A DNA stretch of 64,000 nucleotides, from NCBI GenBank assembly GCA_036172245.1, contig JAYWIR010000009.1, positions 1,116,001-1,180,000 of the forward strand, given 5' to 3'. The stretch's first letter is position 1, and every line of letters starts with the position of its first letter. The stretch comes from Raillietiella orientalis. Its lineage: Eukaryota. The translations under genes and the position numbers were made by a program. A model generated the notes under the pieces. That model ran no database searches. It worked only from the letters and a program-made list of their open reading frames with translations, and was not told the origin of the DNA. Positions 63,315 through 64,000 of the stretch are shown here, piece after piece.

Positions 63315-64000
63315 CATATATATTTGAAGTTCGAGGGATTCGAATTCTATTCTTTTGAACGCCCGCACATTATCACAGTGGCATGCCGACCCCGGCAGTT
63401 TCATGCATGTGCGTTATTCGCAAACTGCTTGATTCGAACACAGCGTGATCCAGCTTGTGCCTTAGTCATCCTGCTCTGGAAAGCGAAGCTGAGCCCTGCT
63501 TTCACGTACAAACCTGGAAGGAAAATGGAAGCCATAATTTGCGAATGCTCAGGAGCGCCTTGTCCTTTCGCCGGTGCCGAATGCTAGTGCAAGGAGGAAA
63601 ACGTCTGGTGCTTCCAACTGAGCTTGTCGCCGTTTCCGGCAAACCATTTGCAAGCACATAAGCGTGTTCCCAACATTTGATTTGAGGGGAGGGAGCGAAA
63701 AAAAAAAAAAAAAAAGTTAGGTCCTTCCATCGCCCCCTAAAGACAGTTATTTCCTTGGCACGTTCCTGTGTTTCAGTACTCCGTCCGAGTTGAGGGAAAA
63801 GTTGCCTGAACGCCTGTAGCATTTCTGCAACATGATTTGTCTAGCGGGCGAATGTATGTGTGCGAGCGCAAACGCGGAAGTTTTCCTTGGGGGAGAGGGG
63901 GGGGGGGGGAAGGGCCCCATTCCCGCCTTTTGGACATGCAGGGGATGGTTGCGCGTTGCATCCGAACTCACGCGGTGCGCGCGTTTTGGGGATCTCTATT

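Overview
Eukaryotic, most likely nematode, genomic DNA. The organism call is an inference from the mostly 37-57 nt introns, a TTTCAG acceptor directly in front of an ATG, and operon-like gene spacing. The window has two parts. (1) About 1-46.3 kb is a GC-rich, stop-codon-poor field of heavily decayed, nested retroelements (Ty3/Gypsy, BEL/Pao, L1/Tx1-like LINEs) plus a mariner remnant. It is punctuated by eight copies of one ~0.6-0.75 kb repeat with a tRNA-like Pol III head (duplicated B-box) and an internal array of ~40 nt hairpin-forming units. (2) About 46.3-64 kb is mostly AT-rich. It holds two intact, tightly packed minus-strand genes, SNU13/NHP2L1 followed ~130 nt later by an SLC38A10-like transporter, which look like a trans-spliced operon, and then decayed LINE, piggyBac-like and Merlin-like remnants. 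Most ORFs in the supplied track are spurious or are frameshifted TE fragments. TE calls rest on motifs recognised by eye and their boundaries are approximate.
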